64,000 nt of DNA, from assembly GCF_006345805.1 (NCBI RefSeq), contig NC_042998.1:4402001-4466000 (forward strand). The letters are read 5' to 3'. The position numbers and the translations under genes are program-made. The stretch comes from Octopus sinensis. Its lineage: Eukaryota. Shown here piece after piece: positions 25,604-37,979 of this stretch; the stretch's first letter is position 1; every line of letters begins with the position of its first letter. Below the pieces are notes generated by a model. It was not told where the DNA came from. It worked only from the letters and a program-made list of their open reading frames with translations, and ran no database searches.

Positions 25604-26224
25604 CTCTGGCTGCCCAGTCCTGGCTAAGAAGGAATATATTCACAGACATGACAGAGTTGGAACCTACATACACTGGAAGCTATGCCAACATTATGGAAAA
25701 ACAACAGAAAATATGGTATAGGCACACACCAGAAAAGGTCACAGAAAACAAGAAAGCAACCATACTCTGGGATATGCCGATACACACAGATAGAGAAATT
25801 AAGGCCAACAGACCAGATATAATTGTCAGAGATCAGGAAGAATAAAAATGCTTTCTAATTGATGTATCAATACCGGCAGTTGACAACGCGTCTCTAAAAG
25901 AAATGGAGAAACTTTCAAAATACAAAGACCTGGAAATAGAGGTAACCAGAATGTGGAATCTAAAAACAGAAACAATTCCTATCATAGTAGGTGCATTAGG
26001 CATGATAAAAAAATATTCAGACAAATACATAACAAAAACACCAGGACTTACAAACACATATAACATACAGAAAATTGCACTACTAGGCACTGCACACATC
26101 CTACGCAGAACACTTTCCATACAATAACCATCAGAGCATCACAACGAATCACAGCACATACCCAAGGAACACAGAGCTGCGCTCGGTAGTGAAGTGAAAG
26201 CACGCTATAAGAATAAAACTACTG
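25603..26224 (+). mobile_element. R4/Dong family A, 5'-truncated copy
   Basis: Restriction-like endonuclease region (RHD, RPDI, KLSKYKDL) and a 3' UTR nearly identical to 60350-60971; (TAA)n on both sides; in-frame stop at 25843-25845. Confidence 0.92.
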
Positions 26225-26244
26225 AATAATAATAATAATAGTAA

Positions 26245-26291
<47 letters not shown>

Positions 26292-26307
26292 ATAATAATA
26301 ATAATAA

Positions 26308-26310
<3 letters not shown>

Positions 26311-26349
<39 letters not shown>

Positions 26350-26585
26350 GAAGAAGAAGAAGAAGAAGAGAAGAAATAGAAGAAGAAGAAGAAGAAGAAG
26401 AAGAAGAAGAAGAAGAAGAAGAAATAGAAGAAGAAATAGAAGAAGAAGAAGAAGAAGAAGAAGAAGAAATAGAAGAAGAAATAGAAGAAGAAGAAGTAGA
26501 AGAAATAGAAGAAATAGAAGAAGAAGAAGAAGAAGAAATAGAAGAAATAGAAGAAAAGAAGAAGAAGAAGAAGAAGAAATAGAAG

Positions 26586-26617
<32 letters not shown>

Positions 26618-26740
26618 GAAGAAGTAGAAGAAGAAGAAGAAATAGAAGAAGAAGAAGAAGAAGAAGAAGAAGAAGAAGAAATAGAAGAAGAAGAAGAAGA
26701 AAAAATAGAAGAAGAGGAAGAAGAAGAAGCAGAAGAAGAA
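26311..26740. repeat. Imperfect (GAA)n tract
   Basis: Follows the (TAA)/(TAC) tail of the Dong fragment; interspersed GAAATA and GTA variants. Confidence 0.95.
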
Positions 26741-27829
26741 TGTTAATAACAACAACAAACAACTGCACTTTAAAATAATTTCTTTTAAATTGGAAATAGA
26801 AATTTGGGCTATTAAAAGTTTGAGCAATGGTTGAGAACTGAAGAATGCAGGCGCGTAAGGTTATTCATGAATCGACGCTGCAACTCAATGCTATAAATCA
26901 ATCAGACCCAGATTATATATGTAATGCAATTTTAGAAAAGACATCTGAAGTTCTCTTCATAAAATAGGACACAAAAACTCATTGATGTTTATAAAGATGC
27001 TACTACGATGTTTATAACAACATATAAAACAGAATGGAGATAAAATACTTTATATAATATTTTTCTTGTTTCCTACGATATTCATTGAGGCTAATTACAA
27101 ATAGAAAAAGGCTAAACAACCTAATTTCCTTCTTTGCATGATGTGTTTGTTTTTGCAAGTAAGAATCTCATCAAATATGTCAGTGTCATTATGAAATATA
27201 ATGAGAAAACTAAGACTCTTTGTTATTAAAAAATACGCAAAAGATGGCAAGAGATAAAACAAAAAATATCCAAAAATAAAAATCGTAATATAGCTTGTGT
27301 TGGGGAGACAAAACAAAAGTATATGATTAAGGATTCAATTATAGGTTGTTCATAGTAAGATGTAGAGCTATTTATGTTGTTGGTGTGCATTTTTATTCTG
27401 TTGAACAAAAAGCATCTTCAGAGCGAGGTGGGGGTCTGATAGGGGCCTTTTAATTAAGTGCAGAACAGAGAAAAGGAAGTGTTTATGTGATCTCGCAAGG
27501 GAACATCTACATGTACGCTATATCTGCAAGAAATAACTACTGCGTATTTCTATATTTCTCAGGTTACAGTATGACGAATATGTTTTAAAGGGAATAAACA
27601 AATTAGATGCAATATATTCAGGTAAACTATATCAGTTTGTCTCTGATTGAAAGGCATTTGCTCTTGAATTCTCCTCCATAAAGGTGGGTGACATGAAGAA
27701 GAACATTTCACCTGCTGGGAGAATAGAAAACTATTCTGATCTATTGTAAGAGAAACATTGATGTCCACTGACAGAGCGGGAAGATGATCAAAGTACAGAG
27801 TAGATGTTATAAATGGAGGTGCATAAACC

Positions 27830-28215
27830 CACATTCGACGTGGCTTGTACATATATTCGCTTTCTATAGTATTTCACCGAAGGGGAGCATTTCCAGCCCG
27901 AAGATCAGAGAAGATACAGTGTTCCCTTGGAAGATACCTCTCTTGATTTTCACCCCTCGCAATACTTGCTTCCTTGCTTTCTATCCCATTCTCCATCATT
28001 TCATACTCTTCCAGATAAGGCTTCTTATATTTTCTGTTACTCCATACATTTCCAGAAGTGTGGTGTCATGTTGTATGCTTTATGATAATCAAACCATGCC
28101 ATGCCCAGGATTGTGTGTCTGCCCTTGTAGTTGTTGATAACTATATTATCAATTAAAAGCTGATCTTTTGTTCCCCGGTTCCGGCACCTGGCACCCGGCA
28201 CCCTTTCTGTTCAAT
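27830..28215 (-). mobile_element. Ancient R4/Dong-like RT fragment
   Basis: Minus strand: EQKGCR...KDQLLIDN...GMAWFDYHKAY...IKRGIFQGNT, with stops and frameshifts. Confidence 0.75.
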
Positions 28216-28261
28216 ATGTAGTAACCCGTTCTTTTCCAGGTATCCCACATTAGTAGAATAT

Positions 28262-28780
28262 TATTATTCTTCTTCTTCTTCTTCTTCTTCTTCTTCTTCT
28301 TCTTCTTCTTCTTCTTCTTCTTCTTCTTCTTCTTCTTCTTCTTCTTCTTCTTCTTCTTCGTTTTCGTCTTCTTCTTCTTCTTCTTCTTCTTCTTCTTCTT
28401 CGTTTTCGTCGTCTTCTTCTTCTTCTTTCTTCGTTTTCGTATTCATTCTTCTATTTCTTCTTATTCTTTTCTTCGTTTTCGTCTTCTTATTCTTCTCTTC
28501 TTCGTTTTGTCTTCTTCTTCTTCTTCTTCGTTTTCGTCTTCTTCTTCTTCTTCTTCTCTTCTTCTTCTTCGTTTTCGTCTTCTCTTCTTCTTCTTCTTCG
28601 TTTTCGTCTTCTTCTTTTCTTCTTCTTCTTGTTTCGTCTTCTTTTCTCTTCTTCTTCTTCTTGTTCTTCTTCGTTTGGTCTTTTCTTCTTCTTCTTCTTC
28701 TTCTTCCTTTTCTTCTTCTTCCTGCTCGCCTTCTTCTTCCTTTTCTTCTTCTTCTTCTTCTTCTCCTTCTTCTTCTTGGT
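28262..28780. repeat. Imperfect (TTC)n tract
   Basis: Long TTC run with recurring cgttttcgt interruptions. Confidence 0.95.
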
Positions 28781-28783
28781 TTT

Positions 28784-28813
28784 GGGTGAGAGAGCAGCGC
28801 ATGCCATGAAAGT
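28784..28813 (-). mobile_element. Element X 3' terminus only
   Basis: Reverse complement actttcatggcatgcgctgctctctcaccc runs into the (GAA)n tract. Confidence 0.65.
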
Positions 28814-28940
28814 CGTCTCTGCCTTTCATTCTTTCAGGTTCGATGACTTACATCCCAGTCGATCACTGGAGTCGATCTAATTGAGTAGCCCCGTCTGCCA
28901 AGATTTCTAGCCTTATGTCTATAGCAGAAAAAAATATTAT
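28812..28940 (+). mobile_element. SINE family S3, decayed 3' half
   Basis: gcctttcattctttcaggttcgat...ctggagtcgatctaattga resembles the S3 tail. Confidence 0.55.
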
Positions 28941-29324
28941 TTTTATTAGTTGAAGTAGAAATGCCGGTCATACTCGTAACAGTTGTTACAGAACTGCTCT
29001 TAGGAGGAATAGCAGTAATTTTTCATGAACGAAGCAAAATGCAAAGATTAAAACTAATATGAATACTAGAAAACAAGAACCAAATCTTGTTACTGATGTA
29101 AAATGTTTTCATGTTGAAACATTGGTAATGTCCAAATCACTTCCGAACAATTTGATGGTATGTGACTCAGTAAATTTTGCGTGAATAGGATTGGGTCTGA
29201 GATATATGTTTACGTAGCATATCGATTGAAAAAGTAAGTGGGAGATGTATTGATTTTGCAGCGTTGTAGTAAACAATATTCTGCATCTTCTGTTTCTTCA
29301 GACTGATATAGAGATAATTAAATT

Positions 29325-29325
29325 T

Positions 29326-29359
<34 letters not shown>

Positions 29360-29398
29360 CCATCATCATCATCACCATCATCATCACCATCATCATCG

Positions 29399-29447
<49 letters not shown>

Positions 29448-29522
29448 TATCATCGTCGTCGTCGTCATCGTCGTCATCATCATCATTATCATCATCATGT
29501 TCATGATCAGCATTGTCATCAC
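29325..29522. repeat. (CAT)n microsatellite
   Basis: Direct reading. Confidence 0.95.
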
Positions 29523-29570
29523 CATAAAAGATAGTTATAGTTTCTTATTGCAAATAAAAAAGTATATATA

Positions 29571-30841
29571 CGAGGGCAGGCTGAGAAATTAGTTCAGAGG
29601 CTGTAGTTGTGAAATCTTGCAGGCATTACTTCAGTACTTCTTATTAATTACTGCATTGTTTCATTAAAGGTAAACTAATATCTCACTGTTCAAAGAAGTC
29701 TTCAGAAGTAACTAGTAGCCATTTCTGTTAAAAAGAGACAAAATATAACATCGTGGTTTTAACAAGTACCTAGAGAAAAGCGTTTAGCCCCCAAGGATAT
29801 TGATGCTAACATGGTTGCTACATTAAGGAGGACGCCCCAGTTTTATTAGCAGTGCAAATGTAAGCAGCTGAATTTAGAAGGGAAATGAAGTGTGTTGAAG
29901 GTGACCCAAAGTCTAGAAATCGTGCAACTACCACCACCACCACCAATGAAAACAGTGATCGTGTTCATCACATGCTAAAGGAACGACAGACGATTGACAA
30001 TAAACAGCCAACGCTTTTAGAATATCCTGCTTGACAGTAGAGAATATTCTGCACAATGAACATAGCATGATGAAGGTTTCTGCTCAGCGGGTGCCACATC
30101 CTCTGACACCTGAACGAAAGCACACCGAGCTGATCACATCACATAGAAATCTGACTTTGCTTCAGGAACATCCAGCTGATTTCCCTTAACGTTTCCTGAC
30201 CAAGGATGAGTGTTGGGTTCATCCCTTTGAACCAGAGACAAAGCGACAATTAATGCAGTGGAATCATCCCCCCTCCCATGCTCCAAAGAAGGTCACAGTC
30301 ACTTCATCTGCCGGAAAGCTGATTACCTTAGATTTTTGTGATGCAAGAGGCATTGTGTTTATTGGTTATCTTCAAAAGGTCACAACACCATCAATTGAGA
30401 GTGTTATGCTAACTTGCTGAAGTAGTTACGAAAGACTATCAAAGCCAAACACTTTGGGAAACTAAGGCAAGTTGTTTTGTTTCATCAGGACTATGCTCCA
30501 GCACACAGGTTCTTGGCTTCAATGGCTGCTGTGCGTAACTGTCTTTAAACCGGTTGACCAACCGACCTCTTCTGATTTAACCCCATCTGACTATTCCTCA
30601 AAATGAAAAAAACATTTGGATGGGAACCAGTACCATAGTCACGATGACCTAATATCTGCTGGTGGTGCCTTTATTATCAACAAAATATTTTCTTCTTCCA
30701 GAATGGGATCCCGGCACCACAACACCAATAGAAAAGGGTGTGTGGACTTCAAGGAGGATTATGTTATAAAATAAGACTCATTTGGTTACATTCCATGCCG
30801 ATAGAAAATCTTGGTCAGCCTCTCAACTTTTAAGCAAACCC
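29571..30841 (+). mobile_element. Decayed mariner (Tc1/mariner) DNA transposon
   Basis: Starts TA|CGAGGG; broken frames give KVSAQRVPH (WVPH-like), TKDECWVHPFEPETKRQ, FHQDYAPAH and SDLTPSDY (YSPDLAPSD-like); degenerate inverted ends share agtt.agaggctg. Confidence 0.85.
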
Positions 30842-30843
30842 AA

Positions 30844-30882
<39 letters not shown>

Positions 30883-31915
30883 GTGTGTGTGTGTGTGTGG
30901 TGTGTGTGTGCGTATACATGCATAAATACAAACAAGGGTCGGCTTAAATGTTTATAATCAACTCTGATGGAATGTAACCAGATGATGTGTATTTTTGAAT
31001 ACACACACAAACACCACACGCGCAAACGCACACATTATAAAGAAAAAAGAAGAAAGTGCTTTGAGAATTTTATCACCTATACATGAATAAAATATGGAAC
31101 GTAATCAAATTTTTGATTTCATATGTTACCGGTTTCAATCGTGTTAATAGAGAATTTAATCATGCTGAAACACAAGCGAAAAGAATTTAATGTTTCATGA
31201 TTCCAGTTCTGAACGTTCATATGCTTTTCTTATGAAAATCACATGGTGCTGCTATTTTGATACATACTAATTGTTACTGGGTCGTAAAAATAGCAGCAAT
31301 TGTTCAAGCACTTTGTTGTAACTACATGTAGTAGAAGTAGCTTCAACACAATTTGCAATTGTGATGGTCTAAGTTGTCTCCCTTACCCTCCACATCGCCG
31401 AACGAGAGCCATAGATACACGTATTTATATTTATGAGTATAAATATTTATAAATCTATAGTTACTTAACATTCTGTGTGTGGCGGCGGTGGGTATCTTTA
31501 CTTACTTAGCAATCCAACTAAGTCTAATTGAGTAAACATATGCAACAATATTAAATGATTAAAATTTCTTAAAATTCCAGCAGAGAAGATAAATCATGAA
31601 TTATAATGGCGTGGATTTCCACTTTAAAAATCACAATGGTGCAGCCTGTGACATTGTTTGAATATCTAGAATCGTGAAAGGAAGCATAACTGGTGGTCAG
31701 TTGTCTATGGTCTATGAAACAAAACTGAAATCAAGACAGATTGGGTAAAATTAAGAATGCAATGTTTCTTTTACTTTTCTTTGCTGTGCGTTGTGTAAGC
31801 ATCTGAGTTACGTAAGATTTCTTTTAAAAAGAATTTGCTTCAGCAACAAACTAAAGTTATGCAAGCATATCTTTTGTTTAAAAGGGATTCGACACGTAAA
31901 TGTAGAATATCGAAA

Positions 31916-32291
31916 GTGGAGGCGCAATGGCCCAGTGGTTAGGGCAGCGGACTCGCGGTCGTAGGATCGCGGTTTCGATTTCCAGACCGGGCGTTGTGAG
32001 TGTTTATTGAGCGAAAACACCTAAAAGCTCCACGAGGCTCCTGCAGGGATGGTGGTGATCCCTGCTGTACTCTTTCACCACAACTTTCTCTCACTCTTAC
32101 TTCCTGTTTCTGTTGTACATGTATTTCAAAGGGCCGGCCTTGTCACTCTCTGTGTCACGCTGAATATCCCCGAGACCTACGTTAATGGTACACGTGTCTG
32201 TGGCGTGCTCAGCCACTTACACGTTAATTTCACGAGCAGGCTGTTCCGTTGATCGGATCAACCGGAACCCTCGTCGTCGTAACCGACTTCC
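31916..32291 (+). mobile_element. tRNA-derived SINE family S2a with 16-bp target-site duplication
   Basis: Head gtggaggcgcaatggcccagtggttagg...ggtttcgatt.ccagacc; TSD atgtagaatatcgaaa at 31900-31915 and 32292-32307. Confidence 0.92.
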
Positions 32292-32830
32292 ATGTAGAAT
32301 ATCGAAACAAGCTACAGCCATAAATAATAATACTTTTTGTGTTTCATTTGTCTTTGAATGCAAAATTTGCATAATGCATTCATAGTATATAATAATATTT
32401 TAATGTAAAATAGAAGCTATCCGTGTTCAGAGTTTTGGCTTTTTCTGCTAATATTGATTTCCTTAAAGATTATTGTCATATTCAGGAAAGAGAATAACAA
32501 GACACACCTCGTACGCCTCTAATCCCTACCAATGTTTAAAGACTATAAGAATCAACGTAATATCAAAATAAAAAGGGAGAAAGAAAATAGAATAAATAGA
32601 ACAAAAAGAAAAGTCATTCGACCAACACATTCTTTGACGGCAGCAACTCGTTCGGAACCCATTACGTAACCGCCGATTCAAACGTGTTTGCTAGCAAAGA
32701 ACATGTCGTAATGGATGTTCATCCGAGTCGTTATCCTCCTTGTCCTTGCTTGTGGTTCTCCTACTCCTCAATCTCATTAATATCATCAACATCGTCATCA
32801 TCATCAAGTTATTAATATTAACTCTCTCAC

Positions 32831-32894
<64 letters not shown>

Positions 32895-32924
32895 ATATAT
32901 ATATGTATATATATATGTATAGGT

Positions 32925-33128
32925 GATCGCGTGTGTATCGTTGGCGATTTTTTCCTCCGTCTTCCCTTCCTTGCATCTTTCCTTTTTTATGTTTCTGACG
33001 AAGAGCTCCGCTCGAAACGTTAAATCCCCCTTCTTTCTTTCCTTTCCTGAACGTCCAATAACACTATACTTGTTCCACGTCCTCGCGTTTTTGTGTTTTC
33101 TCTTTGTGTTTTCATGCTTGGATTAACT
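32925..33128 (+). mobile_element. Short (TA)n-flanked element related to HHR family 1, with canonical core
   Basis: gttt-CTGACGA(32995-33001)-a-gagc/tcc/gctc-GAAAC-GT-T(33021)-aaat; TA-rich tracts on both sides. Confidence 0.7.
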
Positions 33129-33170
33129 TTATATATATATACATACATACATACAATACATACATATATA

Positions 33171-33396
33171 GGTTCATAAACCCCCTTTTTCTGGTTTCAG
33201 TGGCGTAGAAATTCTCCACCTGGACGGGACGCCGATCCATCGCAGGATTATTCGTTTTTGTCGGCTGAGTGGACTGGAGCAATGTGAAATGAAGTGTTTT
33301 GCTCAAGAACACAACGCATCGCCCGGTCCAGAAATCGAAACCACAATCTTACGATCATGAATCTAAAAACCCTAACCACTAAGCCACACACTCCAC
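33171..33396 (-). mobile_element. tRNA-derived SINE family S4
   Basis: Reverse complement: gtggcttagtggttaggg...ggtttcgatttctggacc...ttgctccagtccactcagc...cctgcgatggatcggcgtcccgtccagg. Confidence 0.8.
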
Positions 33397-33499
33397 CTAT
33401 CTGTCTATAATATATATGTGTGTTTGTGTTTGTGCGTGTGTGGATGTGTCTTTATGCTCCACCACCACTAAACAACCGGTGTTGGTGTGTAAACACACC

Positions 33500-33617
33500 A
33501 AAACGAATAATCCTGCGATGGATCGGCGTCCCGTCCAGGTGGAGAATTTCTACGCCACTGAAACCAGAAAAAGGGGGTTTATGAACCTATATATGCATGT
33601 ATTGTATGTATGTATGT
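33500..33617 (+). repeat. Inverted duplicate of 33141-33258
   Basis: Near-exact reverse complement that includes flanking non-SINE (TATG)n sequence. Confidence 0.9.
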
Positions 33618-36099
33618 GTAATTTAATATATATTGTATGTATGTATGTGTAATTTACGTAAATTAGCAGTTCAGCAAAAGATTCTAATAGAACAAATACC
33701 AGACTTTAAACAATAAAATAAGCACAGGAGGTCAGTTCGTTCAAGAAAATGTCAAGGTGGTACTCCAGTTTCGCGGCAATCTAATAAGTGGAAGAATTAA
33801 AAGATAAAGGATCTAGTTTAGCAGGATTATGTAGGAATATATGATATAGTTTTCTTCCTTTCTTAAGCAGAAGAAGGACATTTACTAGCTATTTCCAGCA
33901 GGTTGTGAGTCAGAATATTACTTTCTTCATAGGTCCTACGTCTAATTTTGTATCTATACCTGTATCAGAACATAAATTTCCTCATAAGGCCTATGTGTCA
34001 CTGTGTCAATATGTGTGTGTAAATATATGTGAGTGGGTGTGCATGTAATATTTTCAAGAGAACACTTTGTAGATGAATTTATTAATGCTTTGCTTGTGTT
34101 TTTTTTTTCTTATCATAATTGCCAATATACAAGATGGATCTAATATATTGTTTGTAATTTGATTTTCGTACCTAACGCATACGAAGTTGATATTGTGTCA
34201 CCTGTGTTATTTATACTCGATTACAGCACATATATTTTGGTTTTGAACAAACCAATTATCTTTTACACATATATTTTATAACTGTGCTGGAAAATTTTGC
34301 AACAGACGGTTGGTAAACAGCTGATGAGTTGTGTAGGAATTAAATCTATTATTAAGTACTAGCGCTAATCTCCAAAACCTGAGAACTGATAAATTTGAAT
34401 AGGAAGCTTCTACATAGTTGCACGATCTACTAAAAAATTGCTGCGGTGTCTCCCTCAAACCACACCCATTCTCCAAAAGAGATTTTAGATAATTAATCCT
34501 GGGACGCTTTTGATCATTGGTCTACTAGTTAAGACTGATGGAGGAACTAAAGAACAATAACAACAAATCTACAATAGAACAAGTGATCAAGTTTTCAATA
34601 GCAACTTATCAAAACAACTCAAGAAATTGGTGATAAGATTGTGCTACGTTTGTTCTAAAGATTTGTAATCTTTATTGACTTCATGTTTTGATAATCATGC
34701 CCAGCATGTGAGGTGTGAACGACATTGAATTATTGTGTATGATGATTGGAGTCCTACTGTTTGTATGTGAGATGTTAATGCGATAGAAGCTGTGCTGTTT
34801 GAAATATTCTCTAGTAAACAAGAGTGTAATGCATTTGTTTGTTGGAAATAATTATCTTACTATGTTGCATCAAATTGATGTTTGTGTGATTATAAATGTA
34901 TATAACCTTCAGTTTTCTCCTTCATTATGCGAGATGATGGTTAGTGAATTAAGATATATAAGTTCTATATTTTTGGGTATTCATTATATATAATATTAAA
35001 ACGTGTGATATAAACCGATACACTGGAAATTTTATCTGAATGCCATATGCTTTCAAGTCATGAAACATCTCTTTAAAATCTGATGTCTACCATCCAGAGA
35101 AATCTCTGTCAATACGTGTCATTTTGTTATATATGTTAGACGCTCAGCGGAAAATGTTCAAAAACGATATTCGGATATTGTACTGAACTCTTAGAATCAG
35201 TTTGTGAGACCATTGTCTCCAGGCCCAATGTTAATCACACGTTGGACGCTGCATGATATTTTGCAGCATATCTCACTTCCAATTTGTTAAAAATAAGTAA
35301 CTAGCCTTATGGAAACATTGTCAGCAATATATCAATGTTATATCTAGGTACAAGTATTATACGTCTCACTCATAGAATGACAAGCTACCATTTTAAAATC
35401 GATACTTCTACTTAAATAGTTGTGATTAGAGGAATATGACATTTCAAAATTTTGCTAATATCCACTGTAAGCCTAATAGGATAAATTATTTAAGAATATA
35501 TTATTTATGAAATTCTTTAAAAATGGAAAGCACCCAATGTTTATTAAAGTATTACTTTTGCTTTTAGTGTGTCCGTTGTAACATTTGCACTTACATTGGA
35601 TAGGATGAGATTTGGAATGTGATATTTTATTCTGCTATTAAGATGATATTTTCGAGTATTTTTTATTAGATCTATATTATACTAATCTTTAATTCTTTTG
35701 ATTTCGAAACAACCTATGAAGCACTGATTTATTGAAAAAAAGCGATAGAAGAGAAGGATTAACTATAGTAGAGATAAATATTTGGACAAACTTTACCCAA
35801 TTCAGCATGAAGCAATAATCAAATATTAAAAATATATTAATGCCTAAGTGCATGGACGTTAGAGTATGTGTGTGTGAATGCGTTATGTTTGCATGTGCAT
35901 AGGTGTGCGCAGTATAATAGGAAAGCGAAAACATTATTTTGATAAGTTTATTGAAGATTAGCCGTGACAGACCTTCATTAAATATGAAGGTATTAGCGTA
36001 CATAGTTATAACAGTTGCATTAGTAGTGGCAGTTATGTTATCATTATTATTTTTTCTTTTATATCTCAGGTTTTGTTGTAACTCCTGGAGTTTTTGATA

Positions 36100-36500
36100 C
36101 GATGTTGTCTATTCTTTTCAACTACCTAATACTTTCCTGATTATTCTGGCCTTGCCGAGAAGGCAAACATTTTGTAGCAGTTCTACTGCGCTCACTATTT
36201 CGATCTTCTTTATATTCCACTTGATGACTTCTGATACTGTTTCCAAGGACCTAACAATAATTAGCATCATTTTCTCCTGTTTAATTTTCCATAGCTTGGC
36301 TACTTCGCAATTAAGAGTTGTATTTATCTATTTTTTCGCCTTCCTTCCTGACTATTCGTAGGTCAAAGGGGCACGCATCATCAACTATCTCGCACATGCG
36401 GAGCATCTTATCGACTACCACTTGGTACGGTCTGTTATGCTTTAGCACCTGATCCGTTTGGCTTGGGGATTCCCAGGGGATCTTGCAAGTCCCCAGGTCC
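36100..36500 (-). mobile_element. Ancient R4/Dong-like endonuclease-domain fragment (distinct lineage)
   Basis: Minus strand: CKIPWESPSQTDQVLKHNRPYQVVVDKMLRMCEIVDDACPFDLRIVRKEGEKIDKY...LLQNVCLLGKARIIRKVL*. Confidence 0.75.
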
Positions 36501-36550
36501 GCAACTCTCTGACGTTTGTGCTCATATCCTTCGCCATTCTCTTCGGTCTA

Positions 36551-37069
36551 GCAGCGCATATCATCAAAGTGAAACTGAGGTACAAGTATACGAAGCACAA
36601 TATATCGGTCATGACTACCCATCTGATAAGGAGAAACCCGGCATATGCATCACAAGCATATGGGCGCGACACGGTGATCTCAAATCAAGATAAATAACGT
36701 ATGTCCTTGTATGTGGGACCCAGTTAGAATTCTCTTCGGGCCCGGTAGTTCATCATGCTTTAAAGTTCCCTGAGTAAAATTTGCTTAAAGATGATAAACG
36801 AAAGGTTGCTTAAGGGAGATAAATGTTTCCAGGGTGGAATTATTCAAACTCACCAACATTCCTCTTAACATGTAACAATGATGCTCCCCTACCACTTCCC
36901 CTGGGTGGTCAGAGATGCACAAATCATCTGTCCCTAAGTGACATGCTCAACTGGTTAAGATCAAACAACTGAGAGGCAAATCTGTGGTAGTAACCAAAAT
37001 ATTTGCTATAGCCCATCTTTTATATCATGAGAAAATATGAAGTTAAAATCAAAAGGACTGCATCATGGC
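36551..37069 (-). mobile_element. Non-coding (TAA)n-associated element X, diverged copy
   Basis: Matches 44092-44645, with an internal deletion; 5' end gccatgatgcagt abuts (TAA)n. Confidence 0.8.
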
Positions 37070-37106
<37 letters not shown>

Positions 37107-37109
37107 TCT

Positions 37110-37187
<78 letters not shown>

Positions 37188-37213
37188 TTATTATTATTAT
37201 TATCATTATTATT

Positions 37214-37765
37214 GAGTGAGAGAGCAGTGTATGCCATCAAAGTGACACTGAGGTAAAATATACGAAGCCCAGTATACGCATCATGGCTACCCGTCTGATA
37301 AAGGTACACCAGGCACATGCATCACAACCATACGTGCATGATATGGTGATCTCATATCAATATAAGCAGCGCATGACCGTGCGAGTGAGGCCCAGCTAAA
37401 ATTTTCTTTTGGTCGAGTAGCCCATCCCGCTCAAAAGGTCCCTGAATAAGGATTGTTTAAGGATGTTGAACAAAGCACCCATGTTTCCAAAGGCGAATTC
37501 TCCAAACCTCTAAGAATTCCTTCCAACACATGGCTATGATGCACCCCACTACTTCTGCTCGTGATCAGAGATGCACATATCATCAGCCACTGAGGGACAT
37601 GCTCAACTGGTTAAGGTCAAAGATCTGACAAGCAAATCTGTGGAATTGAGCAGAATATTTGCTGTATCCCATCTTTTGTACCAAGACAAAACAATGTACA
37701 TGATAAAACTTCCAACAACTTAAGATCAAAAGCCATGAGAACCACTGTCTGGAACTGCATCAGAG
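37214..37765 (-). mobile_element. Element X, full length
   Basis: Reverse complement matches 44092-44645 end to end; (TAA)n on both sides. Confidence 0.9.
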
Positions 37766-37826
37766 TATTTATTATATTATTATTATTATTATTATTATTA
37801 TATTATTATTATTTATTATTATTATT

Positions 37827-37878
<52 letters not shown>

Positions 37879-37892
37879 ACATCATCATCATC

Positions 37893-37960
<68 letters not shown>

Positions 37961-37979
37961 TATTATTATTATCATTATT

